DNA of 64,000 bases from a bacterium (GTDB taxonomy: Bacteria > Calescibacteriota > Calescibacteriia > Calescibacteriales > Calescibacteriaceae). The notes under the pieces were generated by a model, which was not told the DNA's origin, did not search any database, and saw only the letters and a program-made list of their open reading frames with translations. Below, piece after piece: positions 39,143-49,061 of the stretch. Both the position numbers and the translations under genes were made by a program. The stretch covers positions 2,436-66,435 of the forward strand of contig JAUQOU010000006.1 in the NCBI GenBank assembly GCA_030550715.1. Reading direction: 5' to 3'. Each line of letters starts with the position of its first letter. Position 1 is the stretch's first letter.

Positions 39143-40477
39143 ATGGAGAGAACAATAAAAATAGAAAAAAAATTCCTTGAAATTTCTGTTGGAGAGCTTA
39201 TAGTCATCAATGGGAAAGATAAAGGTAAGATTTTCAAACTTGCATCAAGGGAAGTATTAGTAGGCACATCACCATCGTGTGAGATAAGGTTGTCTGACCC
39301 AACAGTATCAAGAACACACTGCAAAATATTCTGGAACGACGAAGTGAAAATGTTTCAGGTTCAAGACCTCGGAAGCACAAACGGAACACTTATAAACAAA
39401 ATTCCCGTAGTGAATGCTTTCTTACCCCCAGAATCGGTAATAACCCTGGGAGAAACCGAAATGGTATTCAAGCAATCTGGCAAAAAAAGACAAATAGAAC
39501 TTTTTCCTGATGAAAACTTCTTCGGATGTGTCGGAGTGAGTCAAGCTATGAGAGAGATATTTTCAATAGCGCTAAAATCTGCTCAAACAGATCTGAACAT
39601 ACTTATAGAAGGAGAGACAGGAGTAGGTAAAGAGGAGCTTGCAAAAGCCATACATAAAGCAAGTCCAAGGAAAGAAAAGAACTTTATCGTATGCGATGTC
39701 ACAACAATACCAAAAGAGCTTTTTCTGACTGAACTTTTCGGCTATGAAAAAGGCGCATTCACGGGAGCAGATAAAAGCAAAAAAGGACTCGTTGAACTCG
39801 CTGATGGAGGAACCCTATTTATAGATGAAATAGGTGAAATTTCACCGCAAGACCAAGCTCACCTTCTCAGATTCGTTGAAAAAAAAGAATTAAGACCCAT
39901 AGGCTCAAATATAATAAAGAAAGTTGATGTGAGAATAATCTCCGCCACTTCAAAAAATATAGACGAAGAGGTTGAAAAAGGAAATTTCAGAAGCGACCTC
40001 TTTTTCCGACTAAGTCAATTCAGAATAAAAATTCCTCCACTCAGAGAAAGAAAAGAAGATATATTTCCACTGATATTAGATACTCTGAGAAAACTGACCG
40101 ATGATGAGAAAAAAATAAATATGCTCTATGATTTTCTGCAGAAAAATTCGTCTTTCATACTGAGCTACAACTGGCCGGGAAATGTAAGAGAACTCAAAAA
40201 CTTCACCGAAAGGTTTTACAGAATATGGGAAATAACAGGAGAGATGAAGGTTGATATTCCCTTTATGTCAATAAAAAACGAAACACCCCAAGATAAATAT
40301 GACTTCAAATATCAGAAAAGAAAGATAATTGAAGATTTTGAAAGAGCATATATTATAGAGCTATATCAAAGGTGCAAAGGAAACATTTCAGAGTGTGCAA
40401 GATTAGCAAAAGTAAACAGAAAATACATGGAAAAACTCATAAGAAAATATATAAAGAACGAAACAAGTAATTTTTGA
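39143..40477 (+). CDS. Sigma-54-dependent enhancer-binding protein with N-terminal FHA domain
   Basis: FHA domain (VGTSPSCEIRLSDPTVSRTHCKI...STNGT). AAA+ sigma-54 domain (GETGVGKE, ELFGYEKGAFTGA, LFIDEIGE, RSDLFFRL). C-terminal Fis-type HTH (GNISECARLAKVNRKYMEKLIRKY). Confidence 0.9.
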   Translation: MERTIKIEKKFLEISVGELIVINGKDKGKIFKLASREVLVGTSPSCEIRLSDPTVSRTHCKIFWNDEVKMFQVQDLGSTNGTLINKIPVVNAFLPPESVITLGETEMVFKQSGKKRQIELFPDENFFGCVGVSQAMREIFSIALKSAQTDLNILIEGETGVGKEELAKAIHKASPRKEKNFIVCDVTTIPKELFLTELFGYEKGAFTGADKSKKGLVELADGGTLFIDEIGEISPQDQAHLLRFVEKKELRPIGSNIIKKVDVRIISATSKNIDEEVEKGNFRSDLFFRLSQFRIKIPPLRERKEDIFPLILDTLRKLTDDEKKINMLYDFLQKNSSFILSYNWPGNVRELKNFTERFYRIWEITGEMKVDIPFMSIKNETPQDKYDFKYQKRKIIEDFERAYIIELYQRCKGNISECARLAKVNRKYMEKLIRKYIKNETSNF

Positions 40478-40491
40478 CCAGAAACCAGAAA

Positions 40492-41265
40492 TTAAAGATA
40501 TGTTTTTTTCTTCTCCCTCTCAAAAAATATTGCTCTACCTATTCTCAAAATTGTGGCTCCTTCTTCAACAGCTACCTTGAAGTCATCAGACATGCCCATG
40601 GAAACCTCTCTCAAAAGATTTTCTCTTATCCCTCTTTTTATGCATTCCTCTCTTATTTTCATAAGCTTTCTGAAATATTTTCGTGAATCTTCCGGGTCTT
40701 TGGGAGGAGCCGGAATTATCATCATTCCCACAACTTCAATATAAGAAAGTTTCATATTCTCCTGAACCTCTGAAAAGAACCGAAAAACATCATCTGGGTG
40801 TATTCCATGCTTTGTTTTCTCCTCGCTTATATTGACCTGAATGAGCGCTTTGAGTTTTGCACCCGATTTTTCACACCTTTTTTCAAGCTCCCGAAGAAGC
40901 TCAATTGAATCGACAGAATGAATGAAATCAAAGTTGTTCGGAATAAACTTCGCTTTCCTGCTCTGCAGATAACCGATAAAATGCCACGAGATTTTGATGT
41001 CTTGAAGTTCTTGCTTTTTACCGAGCGCCTCCTGAACATAATTTTCTCCAAAGTCATCTATTCCCGCCTCATGAGCGAACCTGATAAAAACTGCTGGAAA
41101 TGTCTTTGAAACAGCAACTATTTTTATTTCATCTGGGCTCCTGCCAACTTTCGCACATGACTCAAAAATCTCCTCTTTTACTCTCCTTATATTATCAAAA
41201 ATCTTTCTCTTGACCTCTTCCAATGTACCAATATCTTGAACTGAACTTGAAAATTTTTCCAGCAT
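40492..41265 (-). CDS. yggS: YggS-family PLP-binding homeostasis protein
   Basis: The ATG at 41265 (MLEKFSS...) gives a YggS-sized protein. KIVAVSKT (PLP lysine), WHFIGYLQSRK and EVSMGMSDDF blocks. The longer ORF to 41502 would overlap the recJ start. Confidence 0.85.
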   Translation of the reverse strand: MLEKFSSSVQDIGTLEEVKRKIFDNIRRVKEEIFESCAKVGRSPDEIKIVAVSKTFPAVFIRFAHEAGIDDFGENYVQEALGKKQELQDIKISWHFIGYLQSRKAKFIPNNFDFIHSVDSIELLRELEKRCEKSGAKLKALIQVNISEEKTKHGIHPDDVFRFFSEVQENMKLSYIEVVGMMIIPAPPKDPEDSRKYFRKLMKIREECIKRGIRENLLREVSMGMSDDFKVAVEEGATILRIGRAIFFEREKKKTYL

Positions 41266-41303
41266 ATAATTTGCAAGAAATTGAATATAATATAAATTAA
41301 GCG

Positions 41304-42995
41304 ATGAAGAAAATCTGGAGGAAAAAGATAATAAACCAGAATTTGGCAAAAGAAATCGCGGTAAGTTTAAATATACCCGATTTTCTTGCAGAAATACTTG
41401 TAGGGAGGTCAATAGATACTCCGAGCAAAGTTGAGAAATTTCTGAACCCAAAAATAGAACATGCAGAAAATCCGTATATCTTTCCTGAAATGAAAAAAGC
41501 ATCGCAACGTCTTGCGGAAGCTATAATGAAAGGAGAAATAATTGGAATTTTTTCAGATGCAGATGCAGATGGAATAACGGCAGCAGCAATAATATCTAAT
41601 TTTGTAAAGGATTGCGGAGCGGAAAAAAACCTCATTGTAAGAGTTCCATCAAGAGATAAAGAAGGATACGGTCTGACAAAAGATTTCATAGAAGAAGTGA
41701 GAAAAAAAGGAGGGCACCTGATAATAACTGCTGATTGCGGAATAAGAAACCACGAAGAGATAAAATACGCAAAAATTTTGGGCATAGATGTTATAGTATG
41801 CGACCACCACCACACAGATTACTACCTACCACAAAACGCATACGCAATACTTCACCCTACAACAATCCCAGAAGAAAGCTCAGCAAAATTTCTCTCAGGA
41901 GCAGGAGTATCATTTGAACTCATAGCAGCAACAAGAAACGAACTCAAAAAAGCAGGAAAAGAACTACCGCGACCGAGAAACTACCTTGACATCGTCTCAA
42001 TAGGAACAATAGGAGATATGGTTCCACTCATAGGAGACAACAGAATATTTGTAAAACACGGAATAGAAAATATAAGAAACGGAAACGGAAGATTAGGATT
42101 GAACACGCTTATCCAAAAAATAAACATAAAGAAAGAAAAAATAACATCACAAGATATACAGATGAGAATAGTGCCCAGAATCAATTCATCTGGAAGAGCG
42201 GGAAGACCCGAAGTATCCTTCAGATTGCTCGTAGAAGAAGACATAAGAGAAACAGAGAGAATATCAAATGAGATAGAAATTATGAACTCGTGGAGAAAGG
42301 AAGCAGTACAGAGTATCCTTGAGGAAATAGAGTTCTACGGGTTTATAGATGATTCCAGATTTTCCTGTGTAGCTTGGGGAAAGGACTGGCACGAAGGGGT
42401 ATTAGGACTTGTCGCAGCAAAAATCCTTGAAAAAACAGGAAAACCAACATGCGTAATTTCGGTAAGAGAAGATATAGCAAGAGGTTCTCTACGCTCACCA
42501 GAATTCCTAAACATAATGGGAGTTCTCGATAAATTATCTCACTTACTTGTAAAATATGGAGGACACTCACAGGCAGCAGGAATAGCTCTTCTTCCAGAAA
42601 AAGTTCAAGAATTTGCAGAGTCATTTGAATCAGAAGTGAAAAAGAGCTTGAAAAACTCCATACCACAAATCATATTTGAATTTGATCAATATCTGAACCT
42701 TGAAGATATAAGAGCAAAGGAACTTTCTCAGGTTCTACTCCTCGAGCCGTTCGGTGAAGGTAATCCTAATCCCATATTCTTTGTAGAAGGAGAAATAGTA
42801 GAAAGCAGGTTTGTTGGCAAAGATGAAAACATACTCAAAATGCTCGCTAAAACAAAAGATGGTTTTGTAGAAATTGTTTCTTTCAATCATAAAACGGAGC
42901 TGTTTTTAGGAAGAACAAAATTCATCGCTAAAATAAGAAGCTCTCACTGGAGCGATCTCGGATTTGAATTTGAGCTAATAGAAATCCAAAGGTAA
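41304..42995 (+). CDS. recJ: Single-stranded-DNA-specific exonuclease RecJ
   Basis: 563 aa. DHH motifs (IFSDADADGITAAAI, ITADCG, VCDHHH) and a DHHA1 block (GGHSQAAG). Confidence 0.9.
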   Translation: MKKIWRKKIINQNLAKEIAVSLNIPDFLAEILVGRSIDTPSKVEKFLNPKIEHAENPYIFPEMKKASQRLAEAIMKGEIIGIFSDADADGITAAAIISNFVKDCGAEKNLIVRVPSRDKEGYGLTKDFIEEVRKKGGHLIITADCGIRNHEEIKYAKILGIDVIVCDHHHTDYYLPQNAYAILHPTTIPEESSAKFLSGAGVSFELIAATRNELKKAGKELPRPRNYLDIVSIGTIGDMVPLIGDNRIFVKHGIENIRNGNGRLGLNTLIQKINIKKEKITSQDIQMRIVPRINSSGRAGRPEVSFRLLVEEDIRETERISNEIEIMNSWRKEAVQSILEEIEFYGFIDDSRFSCVAWGKDWHEGVLGLVAAKILEKTGKPTCVISVREDIARGSLRSPEFLNIMGVLDKLSHLLVKYGGHSQAAGIALLPEKVQEFAESFESEVKKSLKNSIPQIIFEFDQYLNLEDIRAKELSQVLLLEPFGEGNPNPIFFVEGEIVESRFVGKDENILKMLAKTKDGFVEIVSFNHKTELFLGRTKFIAKIRSSHWSDLGFEFELIEIQR

Positions 42996-43001
42996 AGCCA
43001 G

Positions 43002-43033
43002 AAAATAATAAAAGACCCCGAAAATAATAAAAA
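43002..43033. repeat. 13-bp exact direct repeat GAAAATAATAAAA x2 (19-bp period) upstream of the DAHP synthase gene
   Basis: Copies at 43002..43014 and 43021..43033, each preceded by CC-N. Confidence 0.5.
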
Positions 43034-43079
43034 ACAGCAAAAAGAAAATCTTAACAAGCAAAGATAAAAAATTAAAGGT

Positions 43080-44096
43080 ATGATAGTAGTTCTCAAACCA
43101 GACATAAAAGACGAAGAAATAGAAAAAATCGTAAAAAAGATTAAGGAGCTTGGATTAGAACCAAAAATACTTCAAGGAGAATTTTTAAAGGTCATTGCCT
43201 GCATAGGCGAAGAAAGAATAGAGGGATTAAAAGAAACAATTGAGTCCTTATATGGAGTTGAAAAAGTTCTCCAGGTTATGCATCCTTACAAGTTAGCAGC
43301 AAAGGAGACAAATCCCCAAGGCACAAAAATAAGGATAAAAGATGTAGTGATAGGTGGAGAAGAATTTATAGTGATGGCAGGTCCCTGTTCAGTAGAAAAT
43401 GAAGAGCAGATAATGAAAACAGCGGAATGGGTGAAAAAAGCGGGAGCAAAAATTCTGCGCGGAGGCGCTTTCAAACCCAGAACATCCCCCTACTCGTTCC
43501 AGGGGCTCGGAGAAGAGGGATTGAAACTCCTGCGAAAAGCAGCAGATAAATATGACCTTCTTGTGATAACCGAAGTCCTTGACCCAAGAGATGTAGAAAT
43601 AGTAGCAGAGTACAGCGATATTTTACAGATAGGAACCAGAAACGCTCAAAACTTCCCACTCCTCAGAGAGGTAGGTAATACAAGAAAGCCAGTTCTCCTC
43701 AAAAGAGGTATGTACAATACCATTGAGGAATGGCTACTCGCAGCAGAATATATACTCTCCGGAGGGAACCCAAACGTAATACTATGCGAAAGAGGAATAA
43801 GAACTTTTGAAACAGCTACAAGAAATACACTTGACCTATCAGCAGTACCCGTTCTGAGAGAAAGAACTCACCTCCCCGTAGTTATAGACCCATCTCATGG
43901 GACCGGTAAGAGAAATTATGTTCCTCCGATGGCTTACGCAGCTCTTGCAGCAGGAGCAGACGGACTTTTAATAGAAGTTCATCCACAACCAGATAAAGCT
44001 CTTTCAGATGGAGCTCAATCCCTTACACTTGAAATGTTCTCCGAAATGATGGAAAAACTCAGAAAATTAGCCCCTGTTGTAGGTAGAAAATTATAA
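43080..44096 (+). CDS. 3-deoxy-7-phosphoheptulonate (DAHP) synthase, type I-beta with N-terminal regulatory domain
   Basis: 338 aa. N-terminal ferredoxin-like/ACT-like segment, then KDO8PS/DAHPS I-beta blocks ([32 protein letters not shown]). Confidence 0.9.
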   Translation: MIVVLKPDIKDEEIEKIVKKIKELGLEPKILQGEFLKVIACIGEERIEGLKETIESLYGVEKVLQVMHPYKLAAKETNPQGTKIRIKDVVIGGEEFIVMAGPCSVENEEQIMKTAEWVKKAGAKILRGGAFKPRTSPYSFQGLGEEGLKLLRKAADKYDLLVITEVLDPRDVEIVAEYSDILQIGTRNAQNFPLLREVGNTRKPVLLKRGMYNTIEEWLLAAEYILSGGNPNVILCERGIRTFETATRNTLDLSAVPVLRERTHLPVVIDPSHGTGKRNYVPPMAYAALAAGADGLLIEVHPQPDKALSDGAQSLTLEMFSEMMEKLRKLAPVVGRKL

Positions 44097-44119
44097 GATA
44101 AATAAAAGCTCAAAAGATT

Positions 44120-45022
44120 ATGGAGATTGCTTTTTTAGGTCTTGGGAACCTCGGGAGAGCAATAGCAAAAAGGTTAAAAGAGTTCTTCGGAAAAGAAATC
44201 ACTCTATACGTATGGACAAGGGATATCTCAAAAGCAGAACTCGTATCATCAGAGTTGGGAGCTATAAGATTGCTTTCACCTTCAAAAATTCCAGAAAGCG
44301 CGAGATTTGTATTTTTATGCCTATTTGACAGCAACGCAGTAGAAGAAACAATTAAAAAAATCTCAATAAAAAACAAAATACTGATTGACCTTACAACAAA
44401 TTTTCCAGACAAAGCTTTGACCTTTGAAGCTTACACAAGAGAAAACGGAGGAGAATACATAGAATCACCTGTTTTAGGTAGCGTTATTCCAGCTTCTCAG
44501 GGAAAGCTCACAGCAATTGTAGCATGCAGGAAAAACATATTTGATGAATCGGAAAAACTTATAAAAGCAATAGCGGAAAAAATATTCTTTCTGGGAGAAG
44601 AATTTTCAAAGCCATCAATTTTGAAGCTTATAAACAACCTCGTACTTGGAAGTTTTATGTTAGCTATCGGAGAGGCGGTAGCTATCGGAGAAAAAATGGG
44701 GTTTTCACCTGAGCTTATCGTAGATATTCTTATGTCGGGAGCTGGAAAATCTTCAATTCTTGAAGCTAAAAAATCAAAAATTATCTCAAAGGATTTTTCC
44801 CCACATTTTTCGGTATCTCTGATAGCAAAAGACCTGAAATATCTTGATGAGTTTTTGAAAGAGAAAATAGGAGAGCGAGATTTTTTCTTCTCAAAAGTAG
44901 AGGAGATATTTGAGAGAGCAAAAAACAATCACTTTGCACAGCTTGACTTCTCATCTGTATATGCCTTCATCCTCAAAAATCTGGAAGATAAGGAAACGAA
45001 AAAAGAAAATCACAAAAAATAA
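44120..45022 (+). CDS. NAD(P)-dependent beta-hydroxyacid dehydrogenase family oxidoreductase
   Basis: 300 aa. N-terminal Rossmann motif IAFLGLGNLGRAIA and a 6PGDH/HIBADH-like C-terminal helical domain. Confidence 0.7.
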   Translation: MEIAFLGLGNLGRAIAKRLKEFFGKEITLYVWTRDISKAELVSSELGAIRLLSPSKIPESARFVFLCLFDSNAVEETIKKISIKNKILIDLTTNFPDKALTFEAYTRENGGEYIESPVLGSVIPASQGKLTAIVACRKNIFDESEKLIKAIAEKIFFLGEEFSKPSILKLINNLVLGSFMLAIGEAVAIGEKMGFSPELIVDILMSGAGKSSILEAKKSKIISKDFSPHFSVSLIAKDLKYLDEFLKEKIGERDFFFSKVEEIFERAKNNHFAQLDFSSVYAFILKNLEDKETKKENHKK

Positions 45023-45030
45023 AAAGGTAG

Positions 45031-45900
45031 ATGAGCTTTGAGAAAATACTTCTATTCTTCAAGCCAGGGTTAGATATAAAAGAAATTCTCACCGTAGCAG
45101 AAAAGATCTCAAAATTCGGGAAAAAAATATACATATTAAAAGAACCACAAAGTGAAGAAGTCCTCAAAACAGCAGAAAAAAACAATATCAAAATAAATGT
45201 TATTGAAAGCGAAAAACTGAAAGAAGAGGGTGTAGAACTCATAACAGTTTTAGGTGGTGATGGGGCAATTTTAAGAGCGTTTCACAAAATAATAGAATCG
45301 AAAATAAATATCCCTGTTTTTGGAATAAACAGGGGAAGAGTGGGATTCCTCTCTTTCGGAACCGAAGAGAAATTAGACGATGTGCTTCAAAAAGTTTTTG
45401 AGGGAAGGTTCAGAGTAGAAAAAAGAAAAACATTAGAAGGAGAGATCCTCGGAAGAAAAATATATGCGGTAAATGATTTCGTCATAAAAAGTTCAGATGG
45501 ATTAGCTGATTTTGAGATCAGAACAGAAAAAGAGTATATCGGCTCGGTAAGAGCAGATGGACTAATTATTTCATCTCAGATCGGCTCAACGGCTTACAAC
45601 ATATCAGTAGGTGGTCCAATAGTGTATCCCGACCTAGAAGTGATAATCATATCTTTTATCGCTCCTTTTTCACTATCAGCGAGGTCAATAATACTTTCAG
45701 AAAAGAACAAAATATTTGTTGAGGTAAAAACCAGCTTTGTCGTCTTCGCAGATGGGAAGAAAATCCAAGTCCCACAAACCAAAGAAGAGAAAAAAACCCT
45801 TTCTTTTCAATTGTCTGATTTCCAGATAAAACTCGTAAAAGCAGAAAAATCAAGCTTCTTTCAATCTTTGAGAACCAAACTAAAATGGCTTGAACAATAA
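45031..45900 (+). CDS. nadK: NAD kinase
   Basis: GGDGAILRA, NRGRVGFL and STAYNISVGGPIV motifs. Confidence 0.9.
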   Translation: MSFEKILLFFKPGLDIKEILTVAEKISKFGKKIYILKEPQSEEVLKTAEKNNIKINVIESEKLKEEGVELITVLGGDGAILRAFHKIIESKINIPVFGINRGRVGFLSFGTEEKLDDVLQKVFEGRFRVEKRKTLEGEILGRKIYAVNDFVIKSSDGLADFEIRTEKEYIGSVRADGLIISSQIGSTAYNISVGGPIVYPDLEVIIISFIAPFSLSARSIILSEKNKIFVEVKTSFVVFADGKKIQVPQTKEEKKTLSFQLSDFQIKLVKAEKSSFFQSLRTKLKWLEQ

Positions 45901-45911
45901 CTTTTCAGAAA

Positions 45912-48377
45912 TCACCTCTCCTTATCAGATAAAATTGACTTCAAAAACTTATCTCTGTAAGCTCTATCTATCAAAGAAGGGTCAACTTCTGTGGCAAGAG
46001 AAAGATATTCCATAGCTTTATCTTTATCGCCCTTTGCAGCGTAAAGAGAAGCTAAATTGAAAAACTTAGCTCCCTTTTCTTTGTAATCCTGAGGTTCTAT
46101 TGAGTTCAAAATGCTCTCCGCCAAATCAAATTTTCCGAGGTTTATATAAACAGTGGAGAGATTTACAAGTATCCTTGTATCTTGCGGTCTTATGCTTTTT
46201 GCCGATTCAAGAAAGCTGATTGCTTTTTCGTAATCTTTAAGTTGGGCATAGCTTAATCCAATAGCAGAAAGAGCTAAAAACCTCACCTCATTCTCATCAA
46301 ATATCCTCTCCGGAATTTTCAATTTGTAATCTTTGACAGAAGGAGAATTCGCTATTTCATCAATAGCCTTCTGACCATATTCTATTGCCTTTGCGTAATC
46401 TCCCTTCATATAGTATGCGTTCGCAACAATAGCGTAAGCTTCGGGAATATTCGCAGGATTAGAATAAGTTGAGCTCAAAACATACTCAATTCCCCTATCT
46501 ATTTGACCAAGTTGAATGTACATTCTTCCAAGTTCCCTCCTACCTTTCCCAAAATATGGAACATATTTTAGTGTTTCCTCAAGAAGAGCGAGAGTTCTTG
46601 GATTGAGCATGCCACCGTTTTTTCCGAGATAAAGATATGCGAGGTCGTAGTATGTTCTTTCAGCGGGATTGTCAAATTTCAAAGAAGCCAGATAATACTT
46701 TTCAGCTATATCAAAGTTTCTGAACCTTTTCTGCCACTGAGCAATTCTGTAGTATATTTCAGCTAACATAAGGTTTCGCGATGCGAAAAATCCTACATTT
46801 GCCCTGCAAGGAAATCTTCTTATATTGCAAGACAATTTGTCAAAGCCCTCTTTACCCTGACATACAGGTATTCCGTAAATACATGGAAATCCCAAAGATC
46901 CAACAAAAATCAGCAAAGATACGCCTACTGTGACCAACTTTGAGGTACGAGTATCAAATTCAATATACTTTTCTCCTTTGATACGGGAGTAGAAGAGTTC
47001 AAGGAATCCGATATAGAACCAGAACATGATGACAGAACCCGGCCACTGCAAAGAAAAATTAAAAGATGCTCCCGCAAGAGTAGAAAAAATTCCAAGAAAT
47101 AGTCCCGTTGATACGAAAAAAAGCTCTTCGTTTTCCTTTTTCTCCCCAGCGTTGAAAATTTCAAGATACATCTTAAAAACTAAAAATATTATAGAGATAA
47201 AGAGGGTAAAACCTACTATACCGAGATCAGCAAAAATCTGGAGATATTCGTTATGAGCTTTATCTACTCGTGTGTTAGTGTACATCGTCGCCTCATCTAA
47301 AAGTCGCGGAGCATATCTCCATGAAAATATCTCAAAATTACCTCCACCGACCCCAAAAATCGGATTTTGTTTTATCATCTCAATACCGCCAGACCATGCC
47401 AAAACCCTTGTAGAAACAGAAGAACCAGGACCAAGTTCAACAAAAGTTTTAAATCTCTGCACTATGCTTCTCCCGTAATCAGTATAAGTCAAGAGTAATA
47501 CTATCACAACAGCACTTGCAGAAAAAGAAGGAATAAAATACTTCAAAATCTTTTTCCAATCTGCTTTCCTTGAAAAGTGAAGGAGTAAAATCATTGTTAG
47601 AGTTATAATGAAAACAATAGTTCCAACCCAACCGGCTCTGTTCTTTGCTCCAACAATATAACCAAAAGTAATAGCAGAAGAAATAATAAATATGGTCTTT
47701 AAAATCGGATTTCTCTCTATTATTGCAAAAGCAACAGTAAGAGGAAAAGCTAAAAGTAGGTACTCAACAGCAAAATTAGAAAGCCCAAAAGTCGTTATAG
47801 GATTCGGATTACCATACTGATCAGGGGGCATAGGAAAAACTCCGAGAAGCTGTAAGACACCATATCCGGAAACCACCGAAGATGTGAAAGATGTAAAGAT
47901 AGCAATAACTTTCAGCTCTCTCTCCGAAAGAGAAAGGAATTGCAAAGCTAAATAAGATAAAATCCCCGGAGCTATCATAACCGCTAGATTCTGCGTCTTA
48001 TAAGGATTATAAGCCCAAAAAGCAGATACAATACCCAAAATAATAAAAGCAGAAACAGGAATAAGAGTATGAGGGAAATTAAAAGAAATTTTTCTGCCAC
48101 TCTTGAAGTAAAGATATATCAGTACGGGAACCGAAAGAGTTATAGATAAATACGCTACCGCTATCTTTGACCAAACAAACTCTATCTCATATTTGAAAAG
48201 CGGTGGAACTGAAACAAATAAGACAAATGGTAAAACCTTCAGGAAAAAAGTAAGAGAAAAGAAGTTCTCCTGACCTGCTTCGGCATCTCCTCCCTTCTTA
48301 TCAATCACTCCTTTAAAACCTTCCTTCTCAACAGATTTTTTCTGATAACTCTTTGCTTTTCCTTGATTATCTTTCAT
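45912..48377 (-). CDS. O-antigen-ligase-like (Wzy_C) polytopic membrane protein fused to C-terminal TPR repeats
   Basis: 821 aa. About 12 TM helices, Wzy_C-type motif DKAHNEYLQIFADLGIVGF, and a C-terminal ~330 aa of TPR units. Confidence 0.75.
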   Translation of the reverse strand: MKDNQGKAKSYQKKSVEKEGFKGVIDKKGGDAEAGQENFFSLTFFLKVLPFVLFVSVPPLFKYEIEFVWSKIAVAYLSITLSVPVLIYLYFKSGRKISFNFPHTLIPVSAFIILGIVSAFWAYNPYKTQNLAVMIAPGILSYLALQFLSLSERELKVIAIFTSFTSSVVSGYGVLQLLGVFPMPPDQYGNPNPITTFGLSNFAVEYLLLAFPLTVAFAIIERNPILKTIFIISSAITFGYIVGAKNRAGWVGTIVFIITLTMILLLHFSRKADWKKILKYFIPSFSASAVVIVLLLTYTDYGRSIVQRFKTFVELGPGSSVSTRVLAWSGGIEMIKQNPIFGVGGGNFEIFSWRYAPRLLDEATMYTNTRVDKAHNEYLQIFADLGIVGFTLFISIIFLVFKMYLEIFNAGEKKENEELFFVSTGLFLGIFSTLAGASFNFSLQWPGSVIMFWFYIGFLELFYSRIKGEKYIEFDTRTSKLVTVGVSLLIFVGSLGFPCIYGIPVCQGKEGFDKLSCNIRRFPCRANVGFFASRNLMLAEIYYRIAQWQKRFRNFDIAEKYYLASLKFDNPAERTYYDLAYLYLGKNGGMLNPRTLALLEETLKYVPYFGKGRRELGRMYIQLGQIDRGIEYVLSSTYSNPANIPEAYAIVANAYYMKGDYAKAIEYGQKAIDEIANSPSVKDYKLKIPERIFDENEVRFLALSAIGLSYAQLKDYEKAISFLESAKSIRPQDTRILVNLSTVYINLGKFDLAESILNSIEPQDYKEKGAKFFNLASLYAAKGDKDKAMEYLSLATEVDPSLIDRAYRDKFLKSILSDKER

Positions 48378-48404
48378 AAAAACAAAATTTAAAACAAATT
48401 TTCA

Positions 48405-48424
48405 CTTAATATTTTTCTATTAAG
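48405..48424 (-). terminator. Weak AT-rich hairpin between the pseudopilin and Wzy_C/TPR genes (possible attenuator)
   Basis: CTTAATA-N6-TATTAAG. On the minus strand it is followed by a T-rich tract (TGAAAATTTGTTTTAAATTTTGTTTT). Confidence 0.3.
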
Positions 48425-48446
48425 TTTCTTGTGATATAAATTAAAA

Positions 48447-49061
48447 CTATTTTTGTGGAGTTATAATCACACCTTTACCACCAATTATATCTTTATGTCT
48501 CAATTCAACTATCATTCTGATCTTTCTGGTTTTATCTCTACCGTATTTAAATTCTGCGTTTATCTCTAAAAATTTTGGTACCCCATCCTGTTGATTCCAC
48601 CTTTCCTGCCATCCCTTATCTCCAAAAGCTCTCACATCAAATGATTTTATTCCTTCGGCAACCTTTACCGCAACACCTCCCGTCTTCAAGTCGCCATCTA
48701 ATTTGAAATCAACTCTCTTGAACATAACAGCTGTATCGCTACCCTTTTCCGGCTCAAAAAAGTACTCAATCTCTTTATGACCCCCATAATAAGTAGTAAA
48801 AGAAATATCATCAAACGGTCTCCCAAAATAACCAACCTCCTGAAGTATAAAACCGCATTTTACGCCACAATAATAAATCGCTTCAATCTCTCTTTTCAGT
48901 TCATTCATAACAAAAAGAACCGATACCTCCCGATCCGCTCCCTTCTCTATAAACTCCCTTGAGTTCAGAGTATTTATAACAATCCCGAAAAGAACTGCAA
49001 GAGAAAAAGAAACGATAAATATAGATACCAGAACCTCAATGAGAGTAAAAGTTCTCCTCAT
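48447..49061 (-). CDS. Prepilin-type N-terminal domain protein, GspJ-like minor pseudopilin
   Basis: 204 aa. MRRTFTLIEVLVSIFIV (methylation-motif FTLIE, but T instead of G at -1). The body resembles GspJ/PulJ-type pseudopilins. Confidence 0.65.
   Translation of the reverse strand: MRRTFTLIEVLVSIFIVSFSLAVLFGIVINTLNSREFIEKGADREVSVLFVMNELKREIEAIYYCGVKCGFILQEVGYFGRPFDDISFTTYYGGHKEIEYFFEPEKGSDTAVMFKRVDFKLDGDLKTGGVAVKVAEGIKSFDVRAFGDKGWQERWNQQDGVPKFLEINAEFKYGRDKTRKIRMIVELRHKDIIGGKGVIITPQK

Noticed and set aside
41266-41502. N-terminal 79-aa extension of the yggS ORF
   Set aside because: It would overlap the recJ start and promoter region and has no YggS homology. The ATG at 41265 gives a canonical-size protein.
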